From Minutocellus sp. GHC0000111 (taxonomy: Eukaryota), in the NCBI GenBank assembly GCA_977018835.1, contig OZ361256.1:6324001-6388000 (forward strand): a DNA stretch of 64,000 nt. Reading direction: 5' to 3'. Below, in pieces: positions 11,574-23,461 of this stretch. The translations under genes and the position numbers were made by a program. How positions within the stretch are numbered: position 1 is the first letter of the stretch; each line of letters opens with the position of its first letter. The notes below the pieces were generated by a model. That model ran no database searches, was not told the origin of the DNA, and saw only the letters and a list, made by a program, of their open reading frames with translations.

Positions 11574-13280
11574 TCAGATACCATTTTCCAAGGTCTTCAG
11601 AGCAGCTCTCAATGCTTCGTCAAGATCATCCACTAGATCTCGGCAGCTTTCAATGCCAACAGATAGACGGATGAGTGTATCATCGATGCCCAATTTTGCT
11701 CGCTGCTCATCCGGAACGGAGGCGTGTGTCATAAGCGATGGGCATTCGGCAAGGCTCTCCACTGCACCGAGAGATTCAGCAAGAGCAAACACCTTGAGAT
11801 TCTCCAGGATCGCAGCCGACTGAGCCTTCCCCCCAACGCAATAAAATGTCACAATGGCACCTCCACTACCATTCTGTTGCTTCATAGCCAGCTCATGCTG
11901 AGGATGAGAGGAAAGTCCCGGATATAGAACACGGGTTACTCCCTCAGGCTTTTCGAGAAACATTGCAATTGCCTTTGCATTTGCCGCTGCAGCTTCTAAG
12001 CGCACATGCAGCGTTTTGAGGCCACGGTGAGCAAGGAAGCAATCGAATGGCGAAGGGACAGCTCCGATGCCATTCTGAATGAATCTAAGCTTGGTAAATA
12101 CATCATCGGAGTCCGTACAAACGACGCCCATTACGCTGGGAGCACAACACATGCAAGGGAAAGTAGAAATAAAAAGAGAAAGCCAGTTTTAAATGTGTTC
12201 CATGTGTTAGATCGCATCGATTGTTGCAAAGCAAACTCTCATGTAGCAAATCAACATGCAAGTAATCTACCGGTAATGTAAACCATCGAATCTTACCAGT
12301 CGCTATGCCCAGATATGTATTTCGCTTGGAGAAAATAGCACGTAAGAAATAAAAAGAGAATACAATGTTGAGTGATATAACATCGCATTGATAGATGATA
12401 TGATGATCAATACTAGAACTCTTACGAGAAAGGTCAACATGCGCACACAATCAACGAATCAAATCTCACTAACTGAATGGACTACGGCATCAGCGCCCAT
12501 TTCAAGTGGATTCTGAGTATATGGACTACAAAAAGTGTTGTCTACAACCAGCATGGCTTCATGTTTATGAGCAAGGCTGGCGGACGCGGCAATGTCGGAC
12601 ACTTTTAAAGTGGGATTGGTTGGCGTCTCCAGCCAGAGCAGCTTTGTTTTGCCCTCCATCAGCTTGGACTCGAGCAGTCCCAGATCAGAGAAGTCGACGA
12701 AATCAAAAGTCTGAAACATGTAAAGAAAAGGAAAGAATTTGGATCGATTGGATTTGATATCGACAAAATATACGGAATTGGTTGTGAGATTTTTATTGCC
12801 TACATGAATCACACTTCACATGCATCAACTCACAATGTTCATGCAGGGCGATACAATGCGGCGGAAGTATCGTTGGGTTCCACCGTAGACGTCGTCAATG
12901 ACAATCACATTGTCCGTAGGTCGGAGCAAGTGAAGTACTGCTGCGGTCGCGGCACTTCCAGAAGCATACGCCGCGCAATGCTTGGCGCCCTCTGCTTGTG
13001 CCATTGCTCGCTCAAAAGCTCTGGCATTCAATTAATGATGACGGAAGAAATTGAGTTGTTGGTGATGAGAATAGTCAAATTCGAATGCAATCATTGCATC
13101 ATTGAGACAACACAAAAGTAGACCAGAACTCGCTCACCCTCGAGTTGGATTGCCAGTTCTACTGTACTCGTAACCAAGGCCAAAGCTGTTGGGATCCGAG
13201 AGTCCCATCGGGACGCCGGGACTGCGCTGGACGAAGGTTGTTGCCAGGGATATAGGCTCAACGACGGCACCGGTCGGATT
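11574..13280 (-). pseudogene. CTH: Cystathionine gamma-lyase, lacking its native N-terminus
   Basis: TGAVVEPISLATTF, YSRTGNPTR, ASGSAA, DDVYGGT, LETPTNPTL, VDNTF, HSVTKYISGHSD (PLP lysine, on a micro-exon ~12297-12324), LAESLGAVESL, IRLSVGIE; four introns. Confidence 0.85.
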
Positions 13281-13356
13281 TGATGTGGCGATGCTGCTGC
13301 TGGCAGTGGTGTCATCACTACTTCCGGTCGTATCTTTTGTCGTCGTCTTTGTGTGA
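12380..13356. repeat. 977-bp segment duplicated in inverted orientation at 24469-25445
   Basis: Identical ORF translations on opposite strands; coordinates sum to 37825. Confidence 0.95.
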
Positions 13357-13409
13357 ATGAACGAGGTGCCGCGCCCGTGAACACAACATAACTTAAAAGC
13401 ACCGCAGGA

Positions 13410-15134
13410 CTAATTATCCATGGTTGGATCAGCAGGAGGAGGAGCGATAATTTTCCCATCTATCCGAACCATGCCATTTTCAGTCGGCCTGAAATCCTTT
13501 CGCACCCCAACATGAATGCCTTTACCGTTTCCAAGAAAATCATTGTTGCCTTTTGCAACGATTACCTTCTTTGCAATTCTATGAGCCTGGATGTATGCCG
13601 ATGCGATCTTCCAGTTTTCCAGCCCCATCCAAACTTCCTCCGCTGCATCCCAAGTCTGATCCTCTGTCAAAACCTTCAGCCCCTCCCGATCGCGGCTCAA
13701 CATTGTATGCCGCTTTGACATGCAAGGGAAAACAGACAGATCAAGAACATTCATATGGGGCATTTGCGGGGACTGAGGTTCCCAACGCCATCCCTTGTCC
13801 CGACAGCATCCTTCCACATATTCCACAAATTCAGTCTCGGCATGGGGCCCAGCATTGTCGCCCTGGAAAATAGGGACATAGCCTTCAAACTTTCCGCCAG
13901 GTCCGACCAAAGCCTCAACATCCGGAAATATCTTGTTCTCAAACAAAGCTTTCAGTGGGAACTTGGGATTGTCAAGGGTGCCATGGCTGCATCCAGTCAC
14001 CGCGCAATCCACAAGGTATAGATCGTCTTTCTTCCGAACCACCGGGCCGCAATATTTGATTCTACCATCTGCCTGCCGCACCGCCTCCCTTACCATCTGC
14101 CTCGCAATTTTATGCGCCTGAGCCCGAAAAAGTCCAAGCTTGAACGCAATGCCGCCATTCTCAATGCTGTCAACAAAAGCCAAGGCAGTGACAGCCACCA
14201 CCATGCACTTGTTGATGTGATTTCGGTGATATGCCGAGAAGGACCGAGGATCAATACCCAATTCTGCAACTTGCTTGGCATACGATCGAAGAACCAAGCC
14301 CCCAAACCACTTCTCATCGAACATAACAGGGAGAAACTTGCCACCGCCGAGCCCCCAATTGTTTCGGAATTTCCGCGCAAATGCCAAATGTTTCTCCATC
14401 TGATGGGTAGTAAGGAGAGGGATGATCCTTTCGGCATAGTACCGGAACCCTTCCCGCGACATTATCCACCGCCGTATTGCCGAGTAGGAACACCAAAAGT
14501 TGACATCCACCTCCAGCTCCCGCCAAGATTCCCGAGGATTTCGTATCAGAGCATCAACAATAACATCTCGAATGTATGGCTGCATAGCCAGATGAGATCT
14601 CCTCTTCATCTCCCACATCGCCTTCTCAGATGCAGGTAGAGCACCATACGCCTTCATCCATCCCGAAAATCGTGCACCATGCTCTGCGCTGGACAGCACC
14701 GAATAGTCCACCTTTGCCTGCTCCCTGCACTTGGCAATTGCAAAGAGACATGGTGCAGTATACCGCCGGGTCGCCGTTGCAAGATCGTCAATGACAGAAC
14801 GGAAGGCGGCCGAATCAGATGAAACATCGGCACTCGTTGGGAAGCAGTATGCCGGTCCAAGTATGCCGATCGCGTCATCGAAATGCTCAGCTTCGACTTC
14901 CGCCCGAGACACAAATGGATTGAACACATGCTCACCGCTGTCTTGGCCATCATCATTGACCAGGAGAAAACTCTCAAGATTGACGGGCCCGAGGATTTTG
15001 AGAAGCACATGCTCCTCAATGTCGTCAGTCGACTCGTCTGCCGGGCGATAAGGGCCGAGAACATGCCCCTCGACATGGATGATGTCGTGGCAATAACTGA
15101 ATCGGTGTACGACAAGGCCGCGGAGATGTTCCAC
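13410..15134 (-). CDS. Tc1/mariner-type transposase (DEKWF class, DD38D spacing); true start uncertain
   Basis: MFDEKWF, FQGDNAGPH, PQMPHMNVLDLSVF; 38 residues between second and third Asp; HTH-like segment upstream; uninterrupted frame. Confidence 0.9.
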   Translation of the reverse strand: MEHLRGLVVHRFSYCHDIIHVEGHVLGPYRPADESTDDIEEHVLLKILGPVNLESFLLVNDDGQDSGEHVFNPFVSRAEVEAEHFDDAIGILGPAYCFPTSADVSSDSAAFRSVIDDLATATRRYTAPCLFAIAKCREQAKVDYSVLSSAEHGARFSGWMKAYGALPASEKAMWEMKRRSHLAMQPYIRDVIVDALIRNPRESWRELEVDVNFWCSYSAIRRWIMSREGFRYYAERIIPLLTTHQMEKHLAFARKFRNNWGLGGGKFLPVMFDEKWFGGLVLRSYAKQVAELGIDPRSFSAYHRNHINKCMVVAVTALAFVDSIENGGIAFKLGLFRAQAHKIARQMVREAVRQADGRIKYCGPVVRKKDDLYLVDCAVTGCSHGTLDNPKFPLKALFENKIFPDVEALVGPGGKFEGYVPIFQGDNAGPHAETEFVEYVEGCCRDKGWRWEPQSPQMPHMNVLDLSVFPCMSKRHTMLSRDREGLKVLTEDQTWDAAEEVWMGLENWKIASAYIQAHRIAKKVIVAKGNNDFLGNGKGIHVGVRKDFRPTENGMVRIDGKIIAPPPADPTMDN

Positions 15135-15332
15135 TCCTCAGTTACCTTCATCTACAAGTTCAACGGCGTGAAGCGGGAGCTAAAGAAGCTCAAGCTCATC
15201 CCGGATTGGCTGTGGTGCGAGATCCGGGACGAATGCATCGTACTGCCGATCCGAGGCGAGTATCATGCCATCATTCAAGATGAAGACGAGATGGAGGCCG
15301 AACCGTCGCGTCGCACGAACGCGTCCATTTGA
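14883..15332 (+). CDS. Antisense accessory ORF (149 aa) inside mariner A copy 1
   Basis: Globular-like composition, strong C/G third-position bias, followed by an AT-rich UTR-like tract before the TIR. Confidence 0.5.
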   Translation: MLSFDFRPRHKWIEHMLTAVLAIIIDQEKTLKIDGPEDFEKHMLLNVVSRLVCRAIRAENMPLDMDDVVAITESVYDKAAEMFHSSVTFIYKFNGVKRELKKLKLIPDWLWCEIRDECIVLPIRGEYHAIIQDEDEMEAEPSRRTNASI

Positions 15333-15572
15333 TTAGAGCCGCTGAAATCTAAAGTCTTATCCGAATTATTGTTTCACATGAAGATAAATCAAAATTAGAG
15401 TAAAATTAGCCATTTTCTTAAATATTTCAGCATGACTATTCTTCGAGGCGCTTTTCAATCCCCTCGAAAGCAGTCAAAAACCGGGCGCTCGATTTCTCGC
15501 GAATCTGACCTCGTACACGTAACAGCGTGGAGGCCGGCCAAACTGCTGCTGCCATAATAACCCATCACCACC

Positions 15573-18448
15573 ATGAGCACTGGGGCGATCCATCCCGGTG
15601 GCATCGTCGGTGGTGGGCCGGTGGGTGGCCAGAATGAGGGAGGGCATGATCAGCATGAGCCTACCGGGTCTGGTTTGATATCACCGAGAGGGCCGCAGGA
15701 GCAGCAAAATCAGTTCGCAGCGGCTGCGGCTGCTGCGGCCTCTCCCTCGTCGACGGGTTCGGGTCCGCCGGGGTTGCCGCTGGCCCGACCGACGAGGGAG
15801 AGCGTCCTCCGAAGGCTGTCGGAGGCGCTGATGCGCCGCTCTTTGACCATGATCGACCTGTCGCAGCGCGGTTTGCAGCCCTCCGACGCGCGGTTGGTCA
15901 AGCTCGCGCTGCTGCAGAACTCCTCCCTGGCCGTCCTGAAACTCGGCTACAACAACCTGGCCGACGACGGGGCCGAAACGCTGGCGTCCGGTATAGCCGC
16001 GCACGGGGCGCTCAAGTCGCTCGACCTGGGCTTCAACAACATCGGCAACGTCGGCTGCGCGGCGCTGGCGTCGTCCCTGCTGTCCACCCGCGGGACGCTC
16101 CACACGCTGTACTTGTCCGGGAATGCCATCGAGGAGGACGGAGCCCGGGCGCTGGCCACCGTCGTGCGGCAGGGCTGCGGCCTCCGTCGGTTGCACCTGA
16201 CGGGCAATCGCATCGGTGCCGAGGGTGTGAAGGAGCTGATCGGGGCCATCACGGACGTTGAGTCGGGCAACGTTACCACAGCCAACAATACCAGCCTCGA
16301 CGCCACCGTGGTATCGGGCGGCGATGGATCGTCGGCTGGTGCGGTCGCATCCCCACCGTTCCCCTCGCAGCAACTGACGAGCTCATCCGGTGGTTCCGTA
16401 GCATCGGCTTCGACCACACAGGCACAATTGTATGGTGTGCAGGAACTTTTCCTCGGTGGTACCGGTATGGGGCGAGATGGATGCATCGCGGTGGCACGAT
16501 TACTGGAAACCAGCAAGTCTCTGCGGGTGCTGTCCCTGGCCAACTGCGATCTGACGGACGAGGATGCAAGCATATTGGCGGAAAGCATCAAGCGCAATAG
16601 GAAGAAATTGCCCTTGGAAACACTGCAGCTATCGTTCAATGAGCTGTCTTGCAAGGGCGTTGAAGCGCTGATGAATGCCGTGTGGGGATCACAAACGCTC
16701 AAGGAGCTTCGCTTGGACAACAACGTTGTGAGTGATCGAGGCGCGCAAGTGGTATCGGCGGTGCTGGGGGCGGTTAAGACATTGACCCATCTCGATCTGG
16801 GCTTCAACAAGATATCCTCGGGAGGGATGAAAGTTCTGATGAAGGCGCTGGCAGAGAATCAGAACCTGTTGTCGTTGTCAATATCTGGCAACCCGATCGA
16901 CACTGGATCGGCAAAGGCTGTGGCTTATGCGTTGGCATACAACCGCTCCCTCAAGTCGCTGTTTTTGGACCACTGCTCTGTCGGTCACGAAGGGCAGAGG
17001 CATGTAACTGCTGGCATTGTGTCCAACAGCGGTACATGCTTGCAAACACTGACTGGGTTCAGGATCGGTAGTAAGTAACATCTCATGCTTTGATTGACTC
17101 CCCTGCCCACCTCAATGTCATCCTTCTATATTCAAGTCATACCTCACCATTTGTGTTTACACGCCGCTTTCTTCCCCACTTCTTAGTAACGGCTGTGTCA
17201 TTGGGACTGCCTTCGGCACTCGAACATTGGACCAACGAGCAAGTTCTGAAATTTATTCATCTAATGTGGGAACAAATGCGCAATGAGCAGGAGCAAAATT
17301 CGATGGAGAAGGAGGTCGATCCTCTTCATCTGCTGCCTTCTCTTCCCAACGACACGGCCAAGAAGTCCTTATCATCGGGTCCTCTTGATCCAGCTACGGT
17401 TGTTGCGGTTGCCAAGAGATCCTTTGCATCTCTTGGCCAAAACGGAAACGAGATATTATCACGGCATCGTGGTAGACCGCTCGAGCCTGTTTTTGAGTCG
17501 CCCATATCCGAAGACGCCGTCATGCTCGAGGATGGTGACTTTGGATCAGGAGAGACGCCACCGATGCCCACTATTTCGGCTTACGCAGGTACGATGGAAG
17601 TCGGAGAGAGCAGCGACGAATCAACGTCAGGACTTCATACGCCCAACTCCGGCGCCGCAGCCAAAACTACTCCTCCAAAGTCGCCCGCCACTGAATTCTC
17701 TTTCGACGAAAGAAGGAAGAAGATTGTGGAATGGCTCTGTCACAACATACAGAATCTGAACGAGCTCTCACACCTACCCTTCAATTCATCCGAATTGTGG
17801 AGACTGCATCAGCACTTCTTTTCTCCTCTAATTACTGCCGGCAACGGAGGAAGTCGGAGGGACTCACCACAGTCCATGGATGGAATGAAGAATGTAGATT
17901 CTACGCCGAGTGCTCCATATGCAGGTGATTCAATCATCTCTGCCCCTCGCGCAGTTTCAGCGTCTACCCAGTCAAGCGATTCCCACCTTTCCGTCCCTGT
18001 GAGCGAACCGTCGCTTGCTCTTGCCCAAGGGGTGGGCCGGTACAACATCGGCACACTTCCAATGTTGAAAAGAAAAGTATCATACAGAGCGCTTCACGAC
18101 GCGATGAAGGCTGACGCCTCCAAGTCAGAGGCGAGACTGGACAATGCCAATGGTGCATCCATTTCCAAACTTATCGAAGACATGAATGGTCACTCAATGC
18201 AGCCCAAGTCGAAGCGAGCGAGGAAGAACAGAACCCGCATTTCCTTTCTCCCAAGAGTGAAGAACAAGCTCGATTCGTATTTGGATTCCTGCCATACCAA
18301 GGCGCTTGTTCTAATGAGGCAGCTCCAGTATGTAGAACGAGCCCTTCTCAAGGGCGAGATATATGCTTTTGATCAGGCTGGTTCGGCCACGCATCTTTCC
18401 GGAGTTTTGGCCGCCGATGCAGAAATTATTCTTGTTGATATGATGTAG
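15573..18448 (+). CDS. Leucine-rich repeat protein (RNI-like/NLRC3-like repeats)
   Basis: Repeated LxxLxLxxNxI motifs; intron 17071-17186 joins the two ORFs in frame. Confidence 0.85.
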
Positions 18449-18704
18449 ATCTAGTTTAGTAGATTCTTTCGAGTGCATGTAACGTACTGTGAATTAATCA
18501 TCCCTGTAAATTAACTCATACAATAGCTTATGTGCGTACACGATAAGTGAGAGTAAATCTTCCGACGTAGAGCACATTACATAGCTACAACTACTAGCTA
18601 GTAAGGGTGAAATTCAAAGTCAGAAAGTAGAATCAAAGAATAGCTTACTAATAGGCTTACTATTCAGCGACGAAAATCAGTCTATGGCGGGAACTTGTCT
18701 ACTT

Positions 18705-19562
18705 TCATGAACCATAACTTGACCTATCGTAGGACAGGCCGTAATCCATGAAAAGCTCAGTTCCGGCTGGAATATCAACACTTGCATAGAAGGTGACTGT
18801 TCGAGAATCAAGGTCTTCTCGACTAAAAACGTTGCATCCAGGCCCTCCAATTGGCGGCTCATTGATTCTTGCTAGTAATGTGGGTGTAGCCAACCCACTC
18901 AATAAGTTTTCATGGATCCACACTGACCCTGGAACAGCACTAGATCCACCGTAGCATAGCTCTCCGATGTTCCCCAAGGCATCGGTAGGATCAATATATG
19001 ATGCATTGTCGGTAAACCTCCAGGCATAGCTACCACATTGTGGGTATTGGCCATACTTATTCAAATAAGCGTTTGCCTCTCGGACGACGCCAGGATAGGT
19101 CCCCAAAGCTGTTCCCTCTGGTATTGATTGAGTTGTATACAATCCCAGACCAGCACCTGGTACCTGAGTCTGCCGAGCAACGAGGATGCCATCCTCCAGG
19201 GCCAAATTGCCCTGCGGACGGTCATACGCAGCCACGAGAGCAAAGTACGACAAGAAGGATGTTATGGTCGGTGTTACATACCGCGTGAGTGCTGAAGAGG
19301 TGGAGGAGGCAACCGATAACGATGAAGCTAACAATTCATTTGATGGTACCGCTGCAGTTGTTGTGGAAGAGCGGCACCGTCGGCTACTGTTAGTGTTGCT
19401 CGTTTCTGCTCTACTCGAAACTCTCGCCTGGTGGAGATGAAATGCGTCAACTCTGTCTGACTCTATCAAGAGCAAAATCACAACCAACAGAGGAAAGAGG
19501 CATCGATGGCGACGTGCAAACAACGGGAGCGGCACCATGCTGCCGTGAGCCATGGGCGCCAT
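18705..19562 (-). CDS. SET-domain protein with N-terminal targeting peptide
   Basis: GAGLGLY, ARINEP, DIPAGTELFMDYG; hydrophobic leader ending VDA-F. Confidence 0.8.
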   Translation of the reverse strand: MAPMAHGSMVPLPLFARRHRCLFPLLVVILLLIESDRVDAFHLHQARVSSRAETSNTNSSRRCRSSTTTAAVPSNELLASSLSVASSTSSALTRYVTPTITSFLSYFALVAAYDRPQGNLALEDGILVARQTQVPGAGLGLYTTQSIPEGTALGTYPGVVREANAYLNKYGQYPQCGSYAWRFTDNASYIDPTDALGNIGELCYGGSSAVPGSVWIHENLLSGLATPTLLARINEPPIGGPGCNVFSREDLDSRTVTFYASVDIPAGTELFMDYGLSYDRSSYGS

Positions 19563-19859
19563 GGGGCTAAAAATGAAAAAAAATGGGACCGAGCCGATAC
19601 GGCCGATTTCGGATACGTGGCGATGACGCTAAAAATGCCGCCGGGCCGGCCTACGCATACGAGGTCCGAGACAGCAATTTCGGGGACCCGGTTTTTTGGG
19701 TCTTTGGACTTTCCGACACGGCGGTTTGCGCGCACCTTGAAAAACACGCGGCAAAGCAAGCAAATCAAAACACATCCGTCAACAACCGACCTCCAAGCAA
19801 TTACCACAAATAGACTGGGCAACTTCTGCCGACTGGCGCTTCAAGAAGCTTCCATACTC

Positions 19860-20998
19860 ATGGATACTCCAAAGGGACACGTCTTCAGTCCACCGCGTCC
19901 ACCGAAACGCGCCGAGGCGACTGCATTCAGCCCCTCGCGCCATGAGAGAAGGAAACTTCCAACGAAACGCCGGAACATCCTCGGTATCGAGAGAACAAGG
20001 ACAACGATGACGAGGAGGACAACCAAGGGGTCCCACCGGCATCGTCAGACCTCACATCTCCTCGTGTGTTGAAATATCGACGCGAGTACAACGAAGAGGA
20101 TGGCTTCGCCGCCGAACAAGCCCAAGCAAGGAAGTACTTGCATCATGACATATTGCGTGCCGACTTTCGCGGTACCGCTACCGTTTCATCTCATTCTGAT
20201 GAAGATGATTCATTCTCAGAGATGAGCATAGCAACCGCCGACGCAAAGCCAAGCGGCGAGAGGAGAAAGCCCGTGAGCTCATTCGACCTTCCCTCCGCCA
20301 CGCCCATGGTAACAAGTCCAATGTCAGTTCATACTCAGTATGCTCTTACCCCAAGCCGCTCATGCCCGTCGTTCAGCAACCTTCAATTGTCATCCCCTAC
20401 CATCTTGGAGCCCTTGCCTCCAACCGAACCAACCGAACGACAGATTGAACGAGAGGTTGAGGAACATCGGAGGCTTGCGTGCTTTTTGACGTACGGAGAA
20501 GCACCACTACCACAAGATATAAAGAACTACAAGTCACCCACATGTAGTCAGAGGCCCGAACCAAGAAGAAAAGAGAAAGGGGTCTACCTCCCCTTCAAAC
20601 AAGTTCCTGGTTGGGGTAGCGAGGTCGCGGTCACCACAGTGCTAGGCATGATCGAAGTCGATCGCCAAGTAAGAGAGGGTCGTGGTGCCTACCCGAAAGG
20701 GTGGAGAAGCAGAGAACTCGGATTGTATGATAACAAGACAATAGAATTCTCTATTGCATTATCTACTGACAAGATTGCATTAGATGCATATAAGTTGGGA
20801 TATGAGGATGGGAGTAAACAACCAACTGCTCACCCTGCCCTCACTGACAATAAACTTGCCGATGCATATGGTGTGAAGCGCGGAAAGATTCGTCAGTCCC
20901 TCCACGCTGTGTGGCTTTCTAATGATCATAAGAAGGCCAAGGAGGCAAAAAAGAATACCGGTAGAAATAGAAGAACAAAGAAGCCCACCGTGACATAA
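19860..20998 (+). CDS. Mariner B accessory ORF, convergent with the transposase; possible C-terminal HTH; frameshift near 19990
   Basis: MDTPKGHVF... joined by one frameshift to ORF 20066-20998; LTDNKLADAYGVKRGKIRQSL is HTH-like; lies inside the TIR. Confidence 0.6.
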
Positions 20999-21093
20999 AC
21001 AAACCAATGCTGCTGCATCTTACATGTAGATCTATAAATAATTTGTAGACGTGTAACATTTATTTAATACATGTGTAAAGACATTAATACTAT

Positions 21094-22671
21094 CTATTTA
21101 TTAGAAGGATGACGAGCTGAGGGCTCCATCCCCTTGGCCGTTTCGTTGAAGTCGATCCTAATTCCAGTGTGCAAGTTTTCGTCACCCAACCTTCCAACAA
21201 ACTCATTGCTACCACCGGCCTTAATCACCAGGCCCATTATCCTCCAGTACTGAATGAAGGCCGAAGCAATTTTGCAGTTAGGCATGCTATCGTAAACGTC
21301 CTCGGCAGTGTCCCAGATCTGGTCGGTGGAAATGACGGAGGTGCCTACCATTTTTCGTGCCCATTCCGAGTGCCGCCGGCTCATCGCGGGGAACACGCTC
21401 AAGTCAAGGACGTTGGCGTGAGGCATCTGCGGTGCCTGTGGCTGCCACGTCCAGCCTTGCTCAGCACAGAAGTTAGTAACAAATTGCGTGAAGGTTCCGT
21501 CCTCGTGAGGCCCGGCCTGGTCGCCCTGGATAATAACATGGCAATCTTCGTATTGCTTGCCCGGACCGACAAGGTTGAGAATCGCTGGGAAAATAGTCTC
21601 CTTGAATACGAGGAGCAAAGAGCATTTCGGATCCTTTTTGGTGCCTTCGTTCGATCCAGTAACGCAACAATCAACAAGAAACGACTCTCCTTTCCGGCGA
21701 AGAGGTTCCTTTGGTGTCCCATCGGGGTTGGTATTTGGGTACCGTATTGAACCATAAGGCTGTGATACTGCTTCGTACTGAGCTCGCTCCGCTATTTTAG
21801 GAGCTTGAGCTCGTACCAGTGGCAGTTTTACAACCTCGCACCCACTCTCAAGAGAACCGTCAAAGACAGCGGCAACAAATGCAATGGCCATGACCTTGTT
21901 GATGTGGCTCCTGTGAAAGGCCGCGTAATCTCGCTTTTTCACGCCGATTTCCTCGCAAGCCTTCGCAAAAGCTCGGAGGACGAGACCCCAGAACCATTTC
22001 TCATCGTAGTGCACGAGGAGAACTCGCTTCTTTCCATTCGGTAAATTGCCGTCCGTTTGCGCCTGTCCTTGGCAATTGAATCGGTATTGAGGCCGAGTGG
22101 GATCGGGGTGATGGCCTTGAGAGGCACATTCTTCTTATGCATCATGCCACCAAAAGGCTTCTCATGCTGGACATCGCAAAGAGTACCTCCACCGACACCT
22201 CGACTGACCACAACAAATCCCTTGCCCTCAGGCCGATTCATGTTGGGACTGAAGTCGGCAGACACAAGGACACATTCCCCAGTGCTGATGGCAGGTCGCA
22301 TGTTATCTTCTTCCATTCTCATTGCTTTCTTGCGTTCGGGTGGTGCATCCGTCGGCATCCTGTGCGACCGAAGATGTTCACGCATTTGCACCCTCTGCTC
22401 CAAATGACGCATCGCCTCCTTCATTTTGTTCCTTTTCTTCTCGGCATCGGCCATGGCCTTTTCATCCTTCCTTCCGCTTTTCTCGTTTCAAGGTGTCCCT
22501 TAGCCCTTTCAAAGCCTCCTCTGCAGCTTTGTGTTGCGCTTCGGCCTCAACCAGCAGCACATCCAAGTTCTCCTCGGTCGATCCACCAGAGTTGGCGGTG
22601 CCGGTAGCAGAAACACCGACACTGGCAGGATTGCCAGATTCTTCACTGTTGCCGCTTCCATCCACCACCAT
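21094..22671 (-). pseudogene. Mariner B transposase, internally deleted and frameshifted (DD38D)
   Basis: VHYDEKWFWG, IQGDQAGPH, PQMPHANVLDLSVF; region expected before the catalytic domain is missing (junction ~22045); N-terminal pieces in other frames. Confidence 0.85.
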
Positions 22672-23207
22672 GGACTCTCGGCGATGCCCCCAGCTTCGAC
22701 ATTATCATCACCAGGACGAGCAGCGATGCCAGCATTGTCCTCGACCGTCGGCTCAGGGCTGGCATCGGCGTTGTTGGATGACGAATTGCGCCGAGCAACG
22801 CGGTCTGGCAGAAAATGTCAATGATCCTGCCTCATCCAATCCCGGCCGACGTCGAGGACGATCTGTCTTAAAGACAGATCTCGAGGTATTTGCGTGTCTT
22901 TCGACGTGGAAGCTGCGTTGCTCACATCCTCCCTTCGGCGTCCGGATTGTTCACTTCCGTCAATCACTTCTCAACACTTCACCCGGGGTGCCGTGGTGTA
23001 GAATTCATTGCACTTCAGCTTTTATGGCCAATGCATCCAGGCAAAGTAATACAGAAATTATCGGCGGTCCCCAACGAATTACTCTCCTCTGCGAAGCCAG
23101 ACCCATCCTCCTGACCACGCGTGCTCAAAAGGAAATCTCTCCTTCTCTCCATCATCACCCTTGCCGCAACCGCCACGTCCCCTTGCATTCACCGACTATC
23201 GAACTCA

Positions 23208-23461
23208 CCCTCATAATATTCCTCAGCCTGTGCCCCGCCGGCCACCATACTGAGCTTGCTCTTCAAATTCTGCGCGTACGGGTTGGCATCGTCAATCTGA
23301 GCCAAAAGGTTCGAGCAACTGTTGCCGCTGCTGGTGGTGGTGGTCTCCACCGTTCCGACCAATCCCACCGCCGAGCCCGAGGGGACGTTGAAGCCCTCCA
23401 CACCGCTCGACCAGGCCGCCGTGCCGACGAGGAGGGATGCGATGGCCGTCTTGAGGTTCAT
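23208..23461 (-). pseudogene. First exon of a probable plastid-targeted protein; rest of gene not found
   Basis: Signal peptide ending VEG-F plus Ser/Thr-rich transit-like peptide, then donor GTGAGT near 23207; no downstream exon recognised. Confidence 0.5.

Larger units (their letters stand above)
13360..15513 (-). mobile_element. Mariner family A, copy 1 (one intact TIR, other end broken)
   Basis: TIR ...CGCTCGATTTCTCGCGAATCTGACCTCG followed by TA (15514-15); homology to copy 2 stops near 13382. Confidence 0.9.
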
